Assembly: GCA_963762945.1 (NCBI GenBank)
Contig: CAVXOO010000208.1
Location: 1-40,325, forward strand
Reading direction: 5' to 3'
Source of the DNA: an uncultured Acidobacteriaceae bacterium
Lineage (GTDB): Bacteria > Acidobacteriota > Terriglobia > Terriglobales > Acidobacteriaceae
Length of the DNA: 40,325 bases
Part shown: positions 26,078 to 35,956 of the stretch, one piece after another
Layout: every line of letters starts with the position of its first letter
How positions within the stretch are numbered: the stretch's first letter is position 1
Notes under the pieces: generated by a model
The model's input: only the letters and a program-made list of their open reading frames with translations
What the model was told of the DNA's origin: nothing
Database searches by the model: none
Translations under genes and position numbers: made by a program

Positions 26078-28210
26078 TTATTTCAGTGCCGCGCCTTGCG
26101 GCAGTTTGGCAACCGCATCTAGAACGATGCCCGGCGTAAGCACCTGCGGCAGGAGCTGTGGGCTCTCTTGCCCAGGGGTATACAGAGCGTAGACCGGCAC
26201 TCCGCTGCGGCCGAGCGCGGCAAGCGCCTGCGTGATCGCAGGGTCTTCGCGGGTCCAGTCCGCTTTAAAGAGGGCCACATTCTTTGTCCCAAACGCCTGC
26301 ATCACCTCCGGCTGACTGAGGGCGACACGCTCGTTGACTTGGCAACTCAGGCACCAGCCAGCCGTAAAGTCCACAAAAACCGGCCGGCCGGCAGCGAGAG
26401 CCTGCTGGACCCCCTCGGCCGACCAAGGCTGCCAAGTGGCACTCCGTGCCTCTGAACTTTTGGAGGAGAGTTGCTCAGGTTGCGTGGCCAGCTCGCGAGG
26501 CGCGGTGATGCACGCGGCAACTGCGGTGAGCAGCAGCAGCGCCGCGACGATCGCCGCCCAGCGCTGCCCCGGCCAGCGGCCCAGGAACCATCCGGCAACT
26601 GCGAGCAACAGGAAGATGGCGAGGAGCCCGGCGAGCAATGCCGCGCCGTAGGCTTGCGCCACAACCCACACAAGCCAGATGACAGTCGCGAAGATGGGAA
26701 CCGAGACAGCCTGCTTGAGGATCTCCATCCAGGCGCCGGGCTTGGGCAAGAGGCGCGTCCACGCGGGCTGGAGAGTGAGCGCCACGTAAGGCGCGGCCAG
26801 ACCGAGAGCGAGCGCGGTGAAGATGCCGAATGTCACGATCGCGGGTTGGGCCAGCGCGTATCCGATGGCCGCTCCCATGAAGGGCGCGGTGCAGGGCGTG
26901 GCCACGACGACGGCCAAAACTCCCGTGAAGAAGCTGCCCGCGTAGCCTTGTCTTGCAGCCAGCTCGCCGCCGGCGCTGGTCAGCGTGAGGCCAATCTCAA
27001 ATTGCCCTGCCAGCGAAAGTCCGAGGAAAAACAGCAACGCTGCCATGAGCAAGAGAAACACCGGCGATTGGAATTGGAATCCCCAGCCCAGCGTTGCGCC
27101 GGCGGCGCGCAAGCCGAGCAGTAGCCCAACAAGCGCCCAGAAGGAGACGAGAATGCCCGCGGTGTAGACCAATCCGTGTGCGCGAAGTTTGTGCCGCTCC
27201 TCCGTTCCTGAGTTCACCAGCGCCAGCCCCTTCAAAAACAAAACCGGAAACACGCACGGCATCAGGTTGAGCAGCAGCCCGCCGAAAAAAGCAAAGAGAG
27301 CGGTGCTGGCGAGCGCAGCGAGAGAAAACGCAGGCGCAACAGCCGGCGCGGCGACAGTCCCGAGCGTCGCCGCGATCTCGTAGTTGCGCCCGCCCGCGAG
27401 TTCGAGCACGCCCTTCAACTGCGCCGGGTTCGTAGCGAGGTTCGCGTCCTTCTTAAGTTCGAGAACCAGGCCCGTTGGCGTCGGCCTAACGGTTTGCGGC
27501 GCAGGATTGTCGAGGATGTCCTCGTCTTCCGGAAAAAACTCCGCCTGCGTTTCGCGCTGTCCGGTCGTGACGGCAAGGCGGAGGCCCGCAGGCGTGGGCT
27601 GGAAGACAGCGGTGTCGCCCGCGGGCAGCGGTGTTGGAAGCCGGCGGAGAAACTGCTGGAAAAGCGGCGTGTGAACGAGCCCGAGATCGTGGAGGCCGCG
27701 ATACACATTTCGCGTCAACTCAAGCTCTGTTTTACCCGGAATGCAAACCTCGCGGCACACAAGCCAATCAACCTTCGCGTGCAGAACGGCGGGGCCAGCT
27801 CCGACGCCATCCGCGACATGAAACGTGAACGGAAAGAGGACTTCGTTCTCGTAGCCGAAGTCCATCAGCGGGCCGAGTGGCAAACGTATCGGCGCGGGAA
27901 ACTGCATGGACGTGGCTGAAATTCCCTTCGGCAGCGTCCATTGGATCTTTGGCGGCTCGCCGGAATCTCCCGCATTCGACCAATAAATATGCCAGCCCGA
28001 TTCGAGCTTGAAATGAAGCCCGGCTTCGTTCAGCGCGTCGCTGCTGTAGAGATCCTCGCCAGGCACGAGCAATTCCACGCGCAGGTGCGGCGCATCGAAT
28101 GCGGCTTTTGTGTCCCTCGGTGAACTCGCGGGCGCGGAAATTTGGCCATGCGCCGCCAACGCGCAGGCGAGCACACTAGCAGATACGAAAATCAGCGGTA
28201 AACGGCGCAT
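26078..28210 (-). CDS. Thiol:disulfide interchange protein, DsbD family
   Basis: Signal peptide, N-domain GWHIYW.N.GD.G and VCREVC, TM core NLMPCVFPVL and ATPCTAPF, C-terminal thioredoxin FTAGWCLSC. Confidence 0.92.
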   Translation of the reverse strand: MRRLPLIFVSASVLACALAAHGQISAPASSPRDTKAAFDAPHLRVELLVPGEDLYSSDALNEAGLHFKLESGWHIYWSNAGDSGEPPKIQWTLPKGISATSMQFPAPIRLPLGPLMDFGYENEVLFPFTFHVADGVGAGPAVLHAKVDWLVCREVCIPGKTELELTRNVYRGLHDLGLVHTPLFQQFLRRLPTPLPAGDTAVFQPTPAGLRLAVTTGQRETQAEFFPEDEDILDNPAPQTVRPTPTGLVLELKKDANLATNPAQLKGVLELAGGRNYEIAATLGTVAAPAVAPAFSLAALASTALFAFFGGLLLNLMPCVFPVLFLKGLALVNSGTEERHKLRAHGLVYTAGILVSFWALVGLLLGLRAAGATLGWGFQFQSPVFLLLMAALLFFLGLSLAGQFEIGLTLTSAGGELAARQGYAGSFFTGVLAVVVATPCTAPFMGAAIGYALAQPAIVTFGIFTALALGLAAPYVALTLQPAWTRLLPKPGAWMEILKQAVSVPIFATVIWLVWVVAQAYGAALLAGLLAIFLLLAVAGWFLGRWPGQRWAAIVAALLLLTAVAACITAPRELATQPEQLSSKSSEARSATWQPWSAEGVQQALAAGRPVFVDFTAGWCLSCQVNERVALSQPEVMQAFGTKNVALFKADWTREDPAITQALAALGRSGVPVYALYTPGQESPQLLPQVLTPGIVLDAVAKLPQGAALK

Positions 28211-28370
28211 AACTATTGAGATGTCGGCTCCAACCGATTGGACTCAGTGTAACGGACGGAGGTCGCGCAAGCCTTCAGCCGATAATTCGGGACTGCGAGA
28301 CTACGGGACTGCGGATCGCGCACTTCTCTTAAAAATCTCTGATAATCGCCAATCTGCCGATCTAAATTGC

Positions 28371-29201
28371 ATGACGATCGCGCGAAATCTCTCCCTGGCG
28401 CTCGCCGTAGCGGCGATGGCGCTGCCTGTTTCCTTGGGCTGGGCCGAAGTCAGCTTCCCGGTGTCGCACCCTGAGCCGATTACGATCCAGATTCTTGAAG
28501 GCAAGGGCGGCGCGCCGTTGGCACATGTGCACGTGCTCTTCGTCGCCGGATACGACGATCGCGATCTACGCCTCGGATTATGGAGTGAGGAAGCGATCAC
28601 GGATGCAAAGGGCCAGGTAAGTCTGCCGCACGCGCTCAAAGATTTTTCTTTCGTTGAGGTCGTGGTGGCCAAGCACAAACTGTGCGCCGCGCACGGCCGT
28701 CCGTTGGCTATGAATCTGGATCGCGTTCGTTACGAGGGGATGAGCACACCCAACCACTGCGGAACGATGGTGGTCGAGGACACACCGGGCGTCCTGACTG
28801 TTTTTACCAAGGCGCGCGCACCGGACTTGCCACCGCCGCCCAGACCCGCGTCATGCCGTGCCCGCCGCCATTCTCATCCGCCGGCCGCCCCGCCGGCTCC
28901 GCCCGCAGCCGTCGCCCCGCCTGTCGCCACTGCTCCGCCTGCAGCGCTCGCCGTCCCCAGTCCCGCAAATACTCCGCTGCCCGATCCGCCTGCACCGGTA
29001 GCCGGCCTAGTCGCTATGGAAAGCACATTGGCGGGCGGCCAATTCTGGAATTTAAGCCCAGTGTGCCCCGCAGGTATTTGCCAGCTCGGGAAGCAATGTG
29101 ACGGGCCGGGCCGCACGCTGAACTATGCCCCCACGTTCTTGCACCTCTGCGCCGTGCATTCCGACTCAATCTCGACTTCTCCTTCGACACCTGTCTGGTA
29201 A
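28371..29201 (+). CDS. Hypothetical secreted protein with Pro/Ala-rich region
   Basis: Signal peptide MTIARNLSLALAVAAMALP, TDAKGQV beta-sandwich-like segment and Pro-rich tract; C-terminus uncertain. Confidence 0.6.
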   Translation: MTIARNLSLALAVAAMALPVSLGWAEVSFPVSHPEPITIQILEGKGGAPLAHVHVLFVAGYDDRDLRLGLWSEEAITDAKGQVSLPHALKDFSFVEVVVAKHKLCAAHGRPLAMNLDRVRYEGMSTPNHCGTMVVEDTPGVLTVFTKARAPDLPPPPRPASCRARRHSHPPAAPPAPPAAVAPPVATAPPAALAVPSPANTPLPDPPAPVAGLVAMESTLAGGQFWNLSPVCPAGICQLGKQCDGPGRTLNYAPTFLHLCAVHSDSISTSPSTPVW

Positions 29202-29350
29202 CGGCGCGAACGCGGCGCTGCGAAACCCGGCGGCAGCGTGCGCCCACGCGGCGGTCTGCGACACGGATGCGCGGGCAAGCGCGGAAGTGATATGCTTGCG
29301 GCGCGATCCGCAAATCCATTCAATCCACAGAAAAGGGAAGAGCGTCGGCA

Positions 29351-30613
29351 ATGAGACAGGCACAAAAATCCACGGCAATTCTCGGTCTGGTGATTCTCAG
29401 CTCCGCGTTGATGGCGAACTGCGCGCATGCCCAGCGAGGGCAGGCGAAGGGCGACACTTGGGTATCGAGCTGGGGCGCGTCGCAGCAGATTCCGGAGCCG
29501 CAAAACGCGCTGCCTTCGGACGACCTGCGCGATTCGACTGTGCGCCAGATCGTGCACCTGTCGCTGGGCGGATCGGCCTTGCGCGTGCATCTGTCGAATG
29601 CTTTCGGGACGGCGGCGCTGCACTTTACCTCGGTGCACATCGCGCATCCCAAGTCACCGTCGGCCGCGGCCATCGATCCCACGACCGATCGTGCACTCAC
29701 CTTCGCCGGCAAACCCGACGTGACGATTCCGCCGGGAGCGGAGTTCGTGTCTGATCCGATCACCATGCCGGTCGCGCCTCTTTCCGATCTGGCCGTGAGC
29801 TTTCATCTGGACGCGCCGCCCGCGCAGGAGACGGGGCATCCGGGCTCGCGGTCAACTTCGTATTACGCGCATGGCGACCAGGTGAGCGCCGCCGACCTGA
29901 CGGATGCCAAGAAGGTCGACCACTGGTATCAGCTCACGGAGATCGATGTGCGCACCGCGGCCAAGGCGGCTGTCGTGGTGGCGCTCGGCGACTCCATTAC
30001 CGATGGCCACGGCGCAACCACCAACGGCAACGACCGCTGGACGGATGTGCTGGCCGCGCGATTGCAGGCCGAAAAAAAGACGCGCAACTTCGGCGTCTCG
30101 AATCAGGGCATCGGCGGCAATCATCTGCTCACCGACGGCCTCGGACCGAATGCCCTGGCGCGCTTCGACCGCGACGTGCTGGCCACGGCGGGCGCGCGCT
30201 GGGTGATCGTCTTTGAGGGCGTCAACGATCTTGGCGGCCTCGCGCGCACCGGCGAAGTTCCCGCCGAGCAACATGCGGCGCTGGTCGCGCGTTTGATCGC
30301 TGCGTATCAGCAGATGATCGAGCGCGCGCATGAAAGTGGGCTGCGCGTCTACGGCGCCACCATCACGCCCTATGTAGGATCGGGCTACTATCATCCGGGG
30401 CCGATGAGCGAAGCCGACAGGCAAGCCGTGAACCAGTGGATTCGCGCGGCGGGTCACTTCGATGCAGTGATCGATTTCGACGCGGTAGTGCGCGACCCCG
30501 AGCATCCCGATCGCCTGCTGCCCGCCTACGATTGCGGCGACCATCTGCACCCCGGGCTGGCAGGCTACAAAGCGATGGGCGAAGCGATTCCGCTCAACCT
30601 GTTCGCGAAATAA
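29351..30613 (+). CDS. Secreted SGNH/GDSL hydrolase
   Basis: Blocks GDSITDG, NQGIGGN, EGVND and GDHLHP; signal peptide. Confidence 0.93.
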   Translation: MRQAQKSTAILGLVILSSALMANCAHAQRGQAKGDTWVSSWGASQQIPEPQNALPSDDLRDSTVRQIVHLSLGGSALRVHLSNAFGTAALHFTSVHIAHPKSPSAAAIDPTTDRALTFAGKPDVTIPPGAEFVSDPITMPVAPLSDLAVSFHLDAPPAQETGHPGSRSTSYYAHGDQVSAADLTDAKKVDHWYQLTEIDVRTAAKAAVVVALGDSITDGHGATTNGNDRWTDVLAARLQAEKKTRNFGVSNQGIGGNHLLTDGLGPNALARFDRDVLATAGARWVIVFEGVNDLGGLARTGEVPAEQHAALVARLIAAYQQMIERAHESGLRVYGATITPYVGSGYYHPGPMSEADRQAVNQWIRAAGHFDAVIDFDAVVRDPEHPDRLLPAYDCGDHLHPGLAGYKAMGEAIPLNLFAK

Positions 30614-30666
30614 TCAGGTATCGGGTGGGCTGGACACCACGCCTCCGCGGGCGCGGTATTCTCAGC

Positions 30667-31290
30667 CTACCAATACCCTTTCAATGCATCGCGCACCAAA
30701 GCCGCGCCGTAGCCGATCGAAAATCCAGAAACTGTTCCAGCAACCGCAGCGCCAGCCGGGCCAAGCACGACTGCCGTACCTGCGATCGATCCGAAATCCA
30801 TCCCGACCAAGGCGCCCCCTTTGACGCCTCTCCAAGCAGCTACCCAGAACGGCTTTTTTGGGTCATCTGCCCCGTCGGCGTTGCAGGCCAATTTCCTAAG
30901 GAAGACAATTTTCTCCTCCAATCGATCGAGGTCTGCCTTATCAGCAGATCCTGCCACCGCATGAACCTCTCGCGCGAGGTCGCGTGATGCGACTGTATTG
31001 ACCCCGGCATCCTCCAGGATCTTGCTCTCTAAAATCATAAAGCTCGTCAAGAATGCCGAAAAATTCTGCGTTTTAGCGCCAACGAGCGGGGTGTTTTTCG
31101 CGAGAGCGATGGCATTGGCCAGGTCAACCGAAAACTGCGGATCAGCAAGCACCGCGGAGAGAGTGTTGCATGCGATCTCGCAAATTCGGCTGGCATTCTT
31201 TTTCGTGATAGGCTGCCCAATCCCAGGCTGCAGGTCGGCCAGGCGGTTGAGAGCATCGGCCCAAAACTTTGTGTCGAGAAGCAATCCCAT
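30667..31290 (-). CDS. Hypothetical protein with Gly/Ala-rich hydrophobic C-terminus
   Basis: 207-aa ORF with helical N-terminal part and tail GGALVGMDFGSIAGTAVVLGPAGAAVAGTVSGFSIGYG. Confidence 0.6.
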   Translation of the reverse strand: MGLLLDTKFWADALNRLADLQPGIGQPITKKNASRICEIACNTLSAVLADPQFSVDLANAIALAKNTPLVGAKTQNFSAFLTSFMILESKILEDAGVNTVASRDLAREVHAVAGSADKADLDRLEEKIVFLRKLACNADGADDPKKPFWVAAWRGVKGGALVGMDFGSIAGTAVVLGPAGAAVAGTVSGFSIGYGAALVRDALKGYW

Positions 31291-31437
31291 GGAGACCCCC
31301 CATTTTGCTTACGATACTCGAACACCTGGGATGGGCCAAAGTAGTAATTCGCACATGCCAAAATCGGCACGGCAGGGATTTCCTGTGGTCCTGCTTCTTC
31401 GCGCCCGCGAGGAAGCAGGACCGAGACTCTGCAATGG

Positions 31438-33513
31438 CTACGCCTTGCCGGAACCGGCCGGTTTCTGAGGCGGATCGGCGGGTTTGGCTGCGCCCGATGC
31501 AACTGCGCCCGCTTCCGCCGGCGCGGATGCGGCTAGAGATGCACTGGCCCCCGCTGCACCGCCAGGTCCAACCTTCTGCATCAGCAGTGCTCCCAATCCT
31601 TCCAGAACTCCGCCAACCGATCCGCCGCCACCGGCAACCAGCGTGTTCGGCATAAACGGCACGTTGCTTCTGGAAAGTGCTTCAATGGCATTCACGAGAG
31701 CCGTGGCTCCCTGGCCCAATGCCGCAACCTGTTTTTGATAGGCCTCGGCGCGCGCCAATCCCACCGCGCGAACCTGCGCGCCCTGCGCCGTGCCGGTGCG
31801 CTCTATATAAGTTGACTCGCCGTCGGCTTCCGCCTTGCGCGCTTCGGCATTGTTCTTCTTAATGTCGACGCCGACTGCGGCTTGCGCCAGTTGCGCCTGC
31901 ATATCCGCCGTGCCCCGCGCCTTCTCGGTCTCGATGCGCTGATCCTGCGCCTGGCGCTGCATCTTGAAGGTTTCAACCTGCTGGTGCGCCACCTCGCGCT
32001 CCGTGAGCACCGTGACCAGCGCAGCCGGGTAGATCACGTCCTGAATGTAGACGCCGCGCGTTTCGATCTCGTACTCGGAGAGCTTTCTTTGAATGTAAGT
32101 GAAGGCCTCTTCCTGCACGATCTGCCGCGTCTGGATAAACTTGATCGCTTCCATGCCGCCAATCTTGTCGCGGAAGAGATTGCCGACGGCCGCCTGCAAG
32201 ACCTCGTTGACCAGATTTTCCATCGAGCCCACCATCGAAATCACGCGTGGCGCTTTGGTGTCGGGAACGTGAATTAACACTTGAAGGTCGATCGAGAAAA
32301 CGAAGCCCTCATTACTCTTGGCGATAATCGGTTCGAGCCTCGCGTCGAGCCCGTGTGCCCCGGTCACGTCCTTGGCCCAGTCGAGCTTGAGGATCGCTGT
32401 CAGCACCACCTTGGCGTCGTAGATGCGCGGGTTGATGGGATATTTGCCGGTGCGCAACGCTTCCTGCCAGATGCCTTGATGGCCGGGCCGGACGAGCGAG
32501 CCGAATTTGAATCCCACGCCGGAAGTGTCCTGCGTCGGCAAACCCACATAGGCCTTGATCACGGCCACCTGGCCCTGCTCGACCACCAGCATCGGCACCT
32601 GCTCCACGCGCACCAGAAACGGATTCAGGTTGTAAGCGCCGTAGAGAAGCGGATCGTGCTGCAGGCCGATCTTGCCGCCCGCGTCGAGAAACTGCTGAAA
32701 GTCCTGGTAGTTGTTGTGCAGCGTGTTTTTGCTGCCAAGAATCGCGGCGATCATCTGAAAGTCTGTGGTGCCGGGATTCTTTTCGAGCTCCGCCACGTCG
32801 TCGAATGATCCCAGGCGGCTTGCGATTGCTCCGGCCGGCAGCGGCTGGCCTTCGAGCGTGGTCACGATGCCGATCATGTCCAGAACTTTGCCGCCATCGG
32901 CGGGCCGCGGCGCAATGCGCGTCACTTCCAGTTGCCGCTCGTCGAGGCCGAATGCTGTGAAGTTGAGCCGGCCGGTCTGGTCTGCCAGGTTGCGGTAGGT
33001 GTCGCTGATGGGAACGCCGAAGACCTGCGGCTTGGTGATGATCAGAAACGCTACGGGATGAATGGGCGCCAGCATGCCCGGCGAAAGCACCGGACGCTGC
33101 ACGCCTTTTTGACCGCCATTAGCCACGAAGCTGGCGACATTCGTGAAGTTGCCGAACTCTGTCTTGTAGACGCCCGACTTCGCGCCGATCGGCGTAGGCG
33201 AGCCCACCTGTGCGATCACCACGCCGATTTGTCCCGCGGGAACCTGCACCCAGGGATGCTTGGCCACCGCGTAAATGAGCACGAACTTGAAGCGCAGGCC
33301 CGGCATCAGCAGCTCCGACTGGTAGCCGGCCTCGCCGCGGAAGGCAATAGGATTGTCGCCCGTGAGCTTGCCGCCAAAACGCTTGCGCACCAGGCCGATC
33401 TGCGTCGGACCGATGCTGTAGATCGACCTGGCGATGAGAACGATGAAAACCAGAAGACCCAGGATGATCAGCCATCCCGTAAAGGACGCGAACGACAACA
33501 GGCTATCGAACAT
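31438..33513 (-). CDS. Large SPFH/Band 7 (flotillin-like) membrane protein
   Basis: ATG 33513 after SD GGAGG, N-terminal TM, repeated xVPxGQxGVV / GxQxxLxPG modules, SPFH core (SNEGFVFSIDLQV...VYIQDV) and AEA-rich coiled coil. Confidence 0.85.
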   Translation of the reverse strand: MFDSLLSFASFTGWLIILGLLVFIVLIARSIYSIGPTQIGLVRKRFGGKLTGDNPIAFRGEAGYQSELLMPGLRFKFVLIYAVAKHPWVQVPAGQIGVVIAQVGSPTPIGAKSGVYKTEFGNFTNVASFVANGGQKGVQRPVLSPGMLAPIHPVAFLIITKPQVFGVPISDTYRNLADQTGRLNFTAFGLDERQLEVTRIAPRPADGGKVLDMIGIVTTLEGQPLPAGAIASRLGSFDDVAELEKNPGTTDFQMIAAILGSKNTLHNNYQDFQQFLDAGGKIGLQHDPLLYGAYNLNPFLVRVEQVPMLVVEQGQVAVIKAYVGLPTQDTSGVGFKFGSLVRPGHQGIWQEALRTGKYPINPRIYDAKVVLTAILKLDWAKDVTGAHGLDARLEPIIAKSNEGFVFSIDLQVLIHVPDTKAPRVISMVGSMENLVNEVLQAAVGNLFRDKIGGMEAIKFIQTRQIVQEEAFTYIQRKLSEYEIETRGVYIQDVIYPAALVTVLTEREVAHQQVETFKMQRQAQDQRIETEKARGTADMQAQLAQAAVGVDIKKNNAEARKAEADGESTYIERTGTAQGAQVRAVGLARAEAYQKQVAALGQGATALVNAIEALSRSNVPFMPNTLVAGGGGSVGGVLEGLGALLMQKVGPGGAAGASASLAASAPAEAGAVASGAAKPADPPQKPAGSGKA

Positions 33514-33772
33514 ACTTCCTCCCGGCGCCGGGATTGGACCCTCCCGCAGGCCAGTTTTGTTGGGACGCTCCAGAATACTCCCGCGAGAGGAAACGTGCGC
33601 GAAGGGCCCGGGAAGTGCGCGATCCGTGCAAGAAATTGCAGCCAAATACGTCCCATTGTGGACTTTGTTACCCCACAATTCCCGAATCGGAAAAACTGTT
33701 GAAAATAGGCATGGATAGCGGCGATTCGCGAGCGACCGGAAAGTAACTTGTCGATAAAATTGAAGAATACCA

Positions 33773-35047
33773 ATGGCAGAAGTAAGGCACTTTCCCCAGG
33801 CAGGGCAGCACCACGCTACGCGAGAGAACGTAGCGCGCAAGGTTGCGCCCTCCGAGGACCCCACCCTAAGCGCGGAACAGTATTGCGTTTACAACCAAAC
33901 CCGAGGGCGTTTTGTGGCCACGGGCGTGGAAGCCGTCGAAGCATCTTCGAACGGCCAGGATGCGCGCCTGCGAAGCCTCGCGCCGGGCACTGGGACCGGG
34001 CTCTGGATTGTCCCTTGCCCCGAGATTTCTCCCACCAGCATCCGCCTGCCCCTGGATCTCATTTACCTCAACAACGAAGGCTTGATCCTGGCGATTGTTG
34101 AGTCCTTTCCTCTGGGCGGCCCGGCCCTCTCTGGCGCAATCGCCGGCAGCATGCTCGCGCTTCCGGAAAACACCGTCGCCGAAGGAGAAATCCACATCGG
34201 CGACCGGCTGATCATCTCCTCGCCTGGGGAAATGAAGCGACATCTGCAGAGCATCAAGGAGGTCAAGGCCGAAGCGCCGGAGTCGCACGCATCTTTTCTA
34301 GAACAATTCGCCCTGCACCCCACCGAAGCGCAAATCCGAGAAGCGGCACAGGAAGAAGCCGCGTGGCTCGTAGCCGAACCTCAGCCAGCTCCAGCCCTCG
34401 AAGCCTCTCCAGCCGTATTTACGCCCAAGCCCGCCGCACCACTTGCACCAGCGCCGCCTTTGTTCGCTTCTCAGCCTCCCGCTCCGCTCCAGACCGCGCC
34501 GGCGGCAGAGTTTCCCGCGCCCGCCGCGCCGCGTGAGATGCAGCCCGCAAATTTGCAGACTGCCAGCGCGGAAGAGCCGGCCGCCCCAATGCCCGCTCCG
34601 GCCCCGCGCGTTGACGACGAACAATGGAAGAAGAGGGTGGGAACGGGAAGTTGGTTGACGCGCCTGCTGCAGCCAGACCCGGTTGACCCTCGCAACAACT
34701 CGCGCGAGTCCCTGTCGGGCCTGATCGCCTATTACTTCACGGGAGGAGTGTCGGTAGGGCATCCCGTGCGCGACATCAGTCCGACGGGGATGTACATCGT
34801 CACCGGCGAGCGCTGGTACCCCGGCACCGTGATCCGGGTGACGCTCACCGACCGGCATAATCCGATTGCCGAACGTTCCATTACCGTGAACGCAAAATCT
34901 GTTCGCTGGGGAAGCGACGGCGTCGGCCTCGAATTCATCCTGGAAGAGGGGAAGCGAGGCAAGAGCCGGCACGCATCGCGCATGGAGCTTGCCAACGGTA
35001 TGGACCCCGAGGAAGTCGACGAGTTCCTGCGCAGCTACAAGGCGTAG
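33773..35047 (+). CDS. DUF192-like domain, Pro-rich linker and C-terminal PilZ domain
   Basis: YNQTRG, GLWIVP, PLDLIYLN, LALP...IGD (DUF192-like); RNNSR (RxxxR) and DISPTG (DxSxxG) PilZ motifs. Confidence 0.75.
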   Translation: MAEVRHFPQAGQHHATRENVARKVAPSEDPTLSAEQYCVYNQTRGRFVATGVEAVEASSNGQDARLRSLAPGTGTGLWIVPCPEISPTSIRLPLDLIYLNNEGLILAIVESFPLGGPALSGAIAGSMLALPENTVAEGEIHIGDRLIISSPGEMKRHLQSIKEVKAEAPESHASFLEQFALHPTEAQIREAAQEEAAWLVAEPQPAPALEASPAVFTPKPAAPLAPAPPLFASQPPAPLQTAPAAEFPAPAAPREMQPANLQTASAEEPAAPMPAPAPRVDDEQWKKRVGTGSWLTRLLQPDPVDPRNNSRESLSGLIAYYFTGGVSVGHPVRDISPTGMYIVTGERWYPGTVIRVTLTDRHNPIAERSITVNAKSVRWGSDGVGLEFILEEGKRGKSRHASRMELANGMDPEEVDEFLRSYKA

Positions 35048-35167
35048 CCGCTGTCGGCCCACACTTTCAGGGGACGATCACACCATGAGATCGGGTCTTC
35101 CCGTTCCTGGACAAACAATTTTGCGGTATCTTTACTTCCCATGGACCCGTGCTGCGAGCACTCACAT

Positions 35168-35881
35168 TCATCGAAGCGCCGCGGCGGTGGCCGAGTCTAA
35201 ATTCGCGCCATTCACGTCGCCCTTGGCACGCTTGGCGTTCGCGCGCCCCTTGTAAGGGTCCGCGTAATTCGGATTGAGCCGGATGGCTGTATTGAAATCC
35301 TCGATTGCCCCGTCGATATCGCCTTTGGCCAATTTTGTGGTGCCCCGATAGTAGAACGCGAAAGCAAAATCGACTCCAAATTGAGCGTCTGTCCCCGGCC
35401 TGAGCTGGCAGGCCGTGTTGAAGTCCTGGATGGCCCCATCCGGATCGCCCGCCGCCACTTTCACACTGCCCCGGCCGATGTAGGCCATGCCAGCCATGTT
35501 GTTGTCCGGTCCGAGTTGAAGGGCCTTGTTGAAGTCCTCGGTTGCCCGTTGCAGATTGTGGGTATCGAACCACAATCCGCCGCGAGCGATGTATGTCTTC
35601 GGCAGGTCTGGCTTGAGTTCGATAGCCTTCGCGATATCCTCAAAGGCCTTGTCGTTTTCTCCCAGCGAATGCTCCGCCATGGCGCGCAGCAGGTAGGCGT
35701 CGATGTAGTCCGGACTGAGTTCGATCGCCTTCGTCGCATCCGCAATCGCGCCCTTCATATCGTTGCGCGCGAGCGACGCGTTGGCGCGGGCAAAATATTC
35801 AGCCGCTTTCTCGCAGAAAGCCGGGGTGGCCATCCAAAGAAACGCGACCGCGAGGATCAGCCATCGAGTTACACGCCGCAT
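35168..35881 (-). CDS. Secreted TPR-repeat protein
   Basis: Signal peptide and repeated AIADxxKAIELxP-type TPR units; SD AGGAG. Confidence 0.9.
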   Translation of the reverse strand: MRRVTRWLILAVAFLWMATPAFCEKAAEYFARANASLARNDMKGAIADATKAIELSPDYIDAYLLRAMAEHSLGENDKAFEDIAKAIELKPDLPKTYIARGGLWFDTHNLQRATEDFNKALQLGPDNNMAGMAYIGRGSVKVAAGDPDGAIQDFNTACQLRPGTDAQFGVDFAFAFYYRGTTKLAKGDIDGAIEDFNTAIRLNPNYADPYKGRANAKRAKGDVNGANLDSATAAALR

Positions 35882-35956
35882 CGAACATTCTCCTGGTTCC
35901 AGATGGTAACGGCTACAGCGGTACGGAAAGGCGCCGATCGGGGCACGAAGCCTTGC

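Noticed and set aside
29200-29340. GC-rich pairing upstream of the SGNH hydrolase as a riboswitch
   Set aside because: Interrupted pairing is expected at this GC content and no aptamer motif was recognised.
33514-33864. N-terminal extension of the SPFH ORF (likewise the extensions at 9141, 10462, 28110 and 36809)
   Set aside because: Downstream starts fit better by SD, signal peptide or domain boundary; most of the extensions overlap neighbouring genes or repeats.
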